Below, one piece after another: positions 63,785 through 64,000 of a DNA stretch of 64,000 nt. The position numbers were made by a program, and so were the translations under genes. The stretch is taken from positions 186,001-250,000 of the forward strand of contig NC_087252.1 in the NCBI RefSeq assembly GCF_037042905.1. Reading direction: 5' to 3'. Position 1 is the first letter of the stretch. Each line of letters begins with the position of its first letter. The DNA comes from Lytechinus pictus. Lineage: Eukaryota. Below the pieces are notes generated by a model. It did no database searches, was not told where the DNA came from, and saw only the letters and a list, made by a program, of their open reading frames with translations.

Positions 63785-64000
63785 GTAAGTATGATATTTA
63801 TCTCTTAGTGGGTCATATTTTTTTCATGAATTCTATAATCTGATTGGTCATTTTGTTTGTGAGACAAAACTGTATTTACGGTTTTACCTACCTGCATTTT
63901 ACATTCTGTACTTGGTCAAAAAGATCAAACCAGTTGAGCCCGCATCACCAGTTTGGTGTTAAGTTGTTTTAGTTCTGTTTTGATTGTTACATGCATGCCC

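Overview
AT-rich, repeat-dense animal genomic DNA. The repeat families (TTAA-flanked MITEs, a tRNA-derived SINE, a Deu-domain SINE, CR1/L2 LINEs) suggest a sea urchin or other invertebrate deuterostome; this is inference, not a database match. Three host genes can be supported. (1) A six-exon minus-strand nuclear IkB-type ankyrin gene (IkB-zeta/Bcl-3/IkBNS-like), from ATG 14510 to beyond position 1, with all splice phases consistent. (2) An intronless minus-strand TRIM gene (RING, B-box, coiled coil, degenerate beta-propeller) at 33726-35744. (3) The first two exons of a plus-strand gene starting at 54388. Genes 1 and 2 both have a kappa-B site next to a CRE plus CCAAT boxes upstream, suggesting NF-kB co-regulation. 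The rest is nested mobile DNA: two large LINEs, LINE and hAT relics, many MITEs, a ~230-bp tandem array, and a 5.7-kb non-coding element with a 9-bp TSD, terminal hairpins and ~890-bp internal inverted arms. Most unusual: a short element with a 7SL/Alu-like head fused to a Deu-SINE-like core (21424-21600), and repeated TA to TA-NNNN-TA micro-insertions that look like transposon excision footprints. All coordinates were read by eye.
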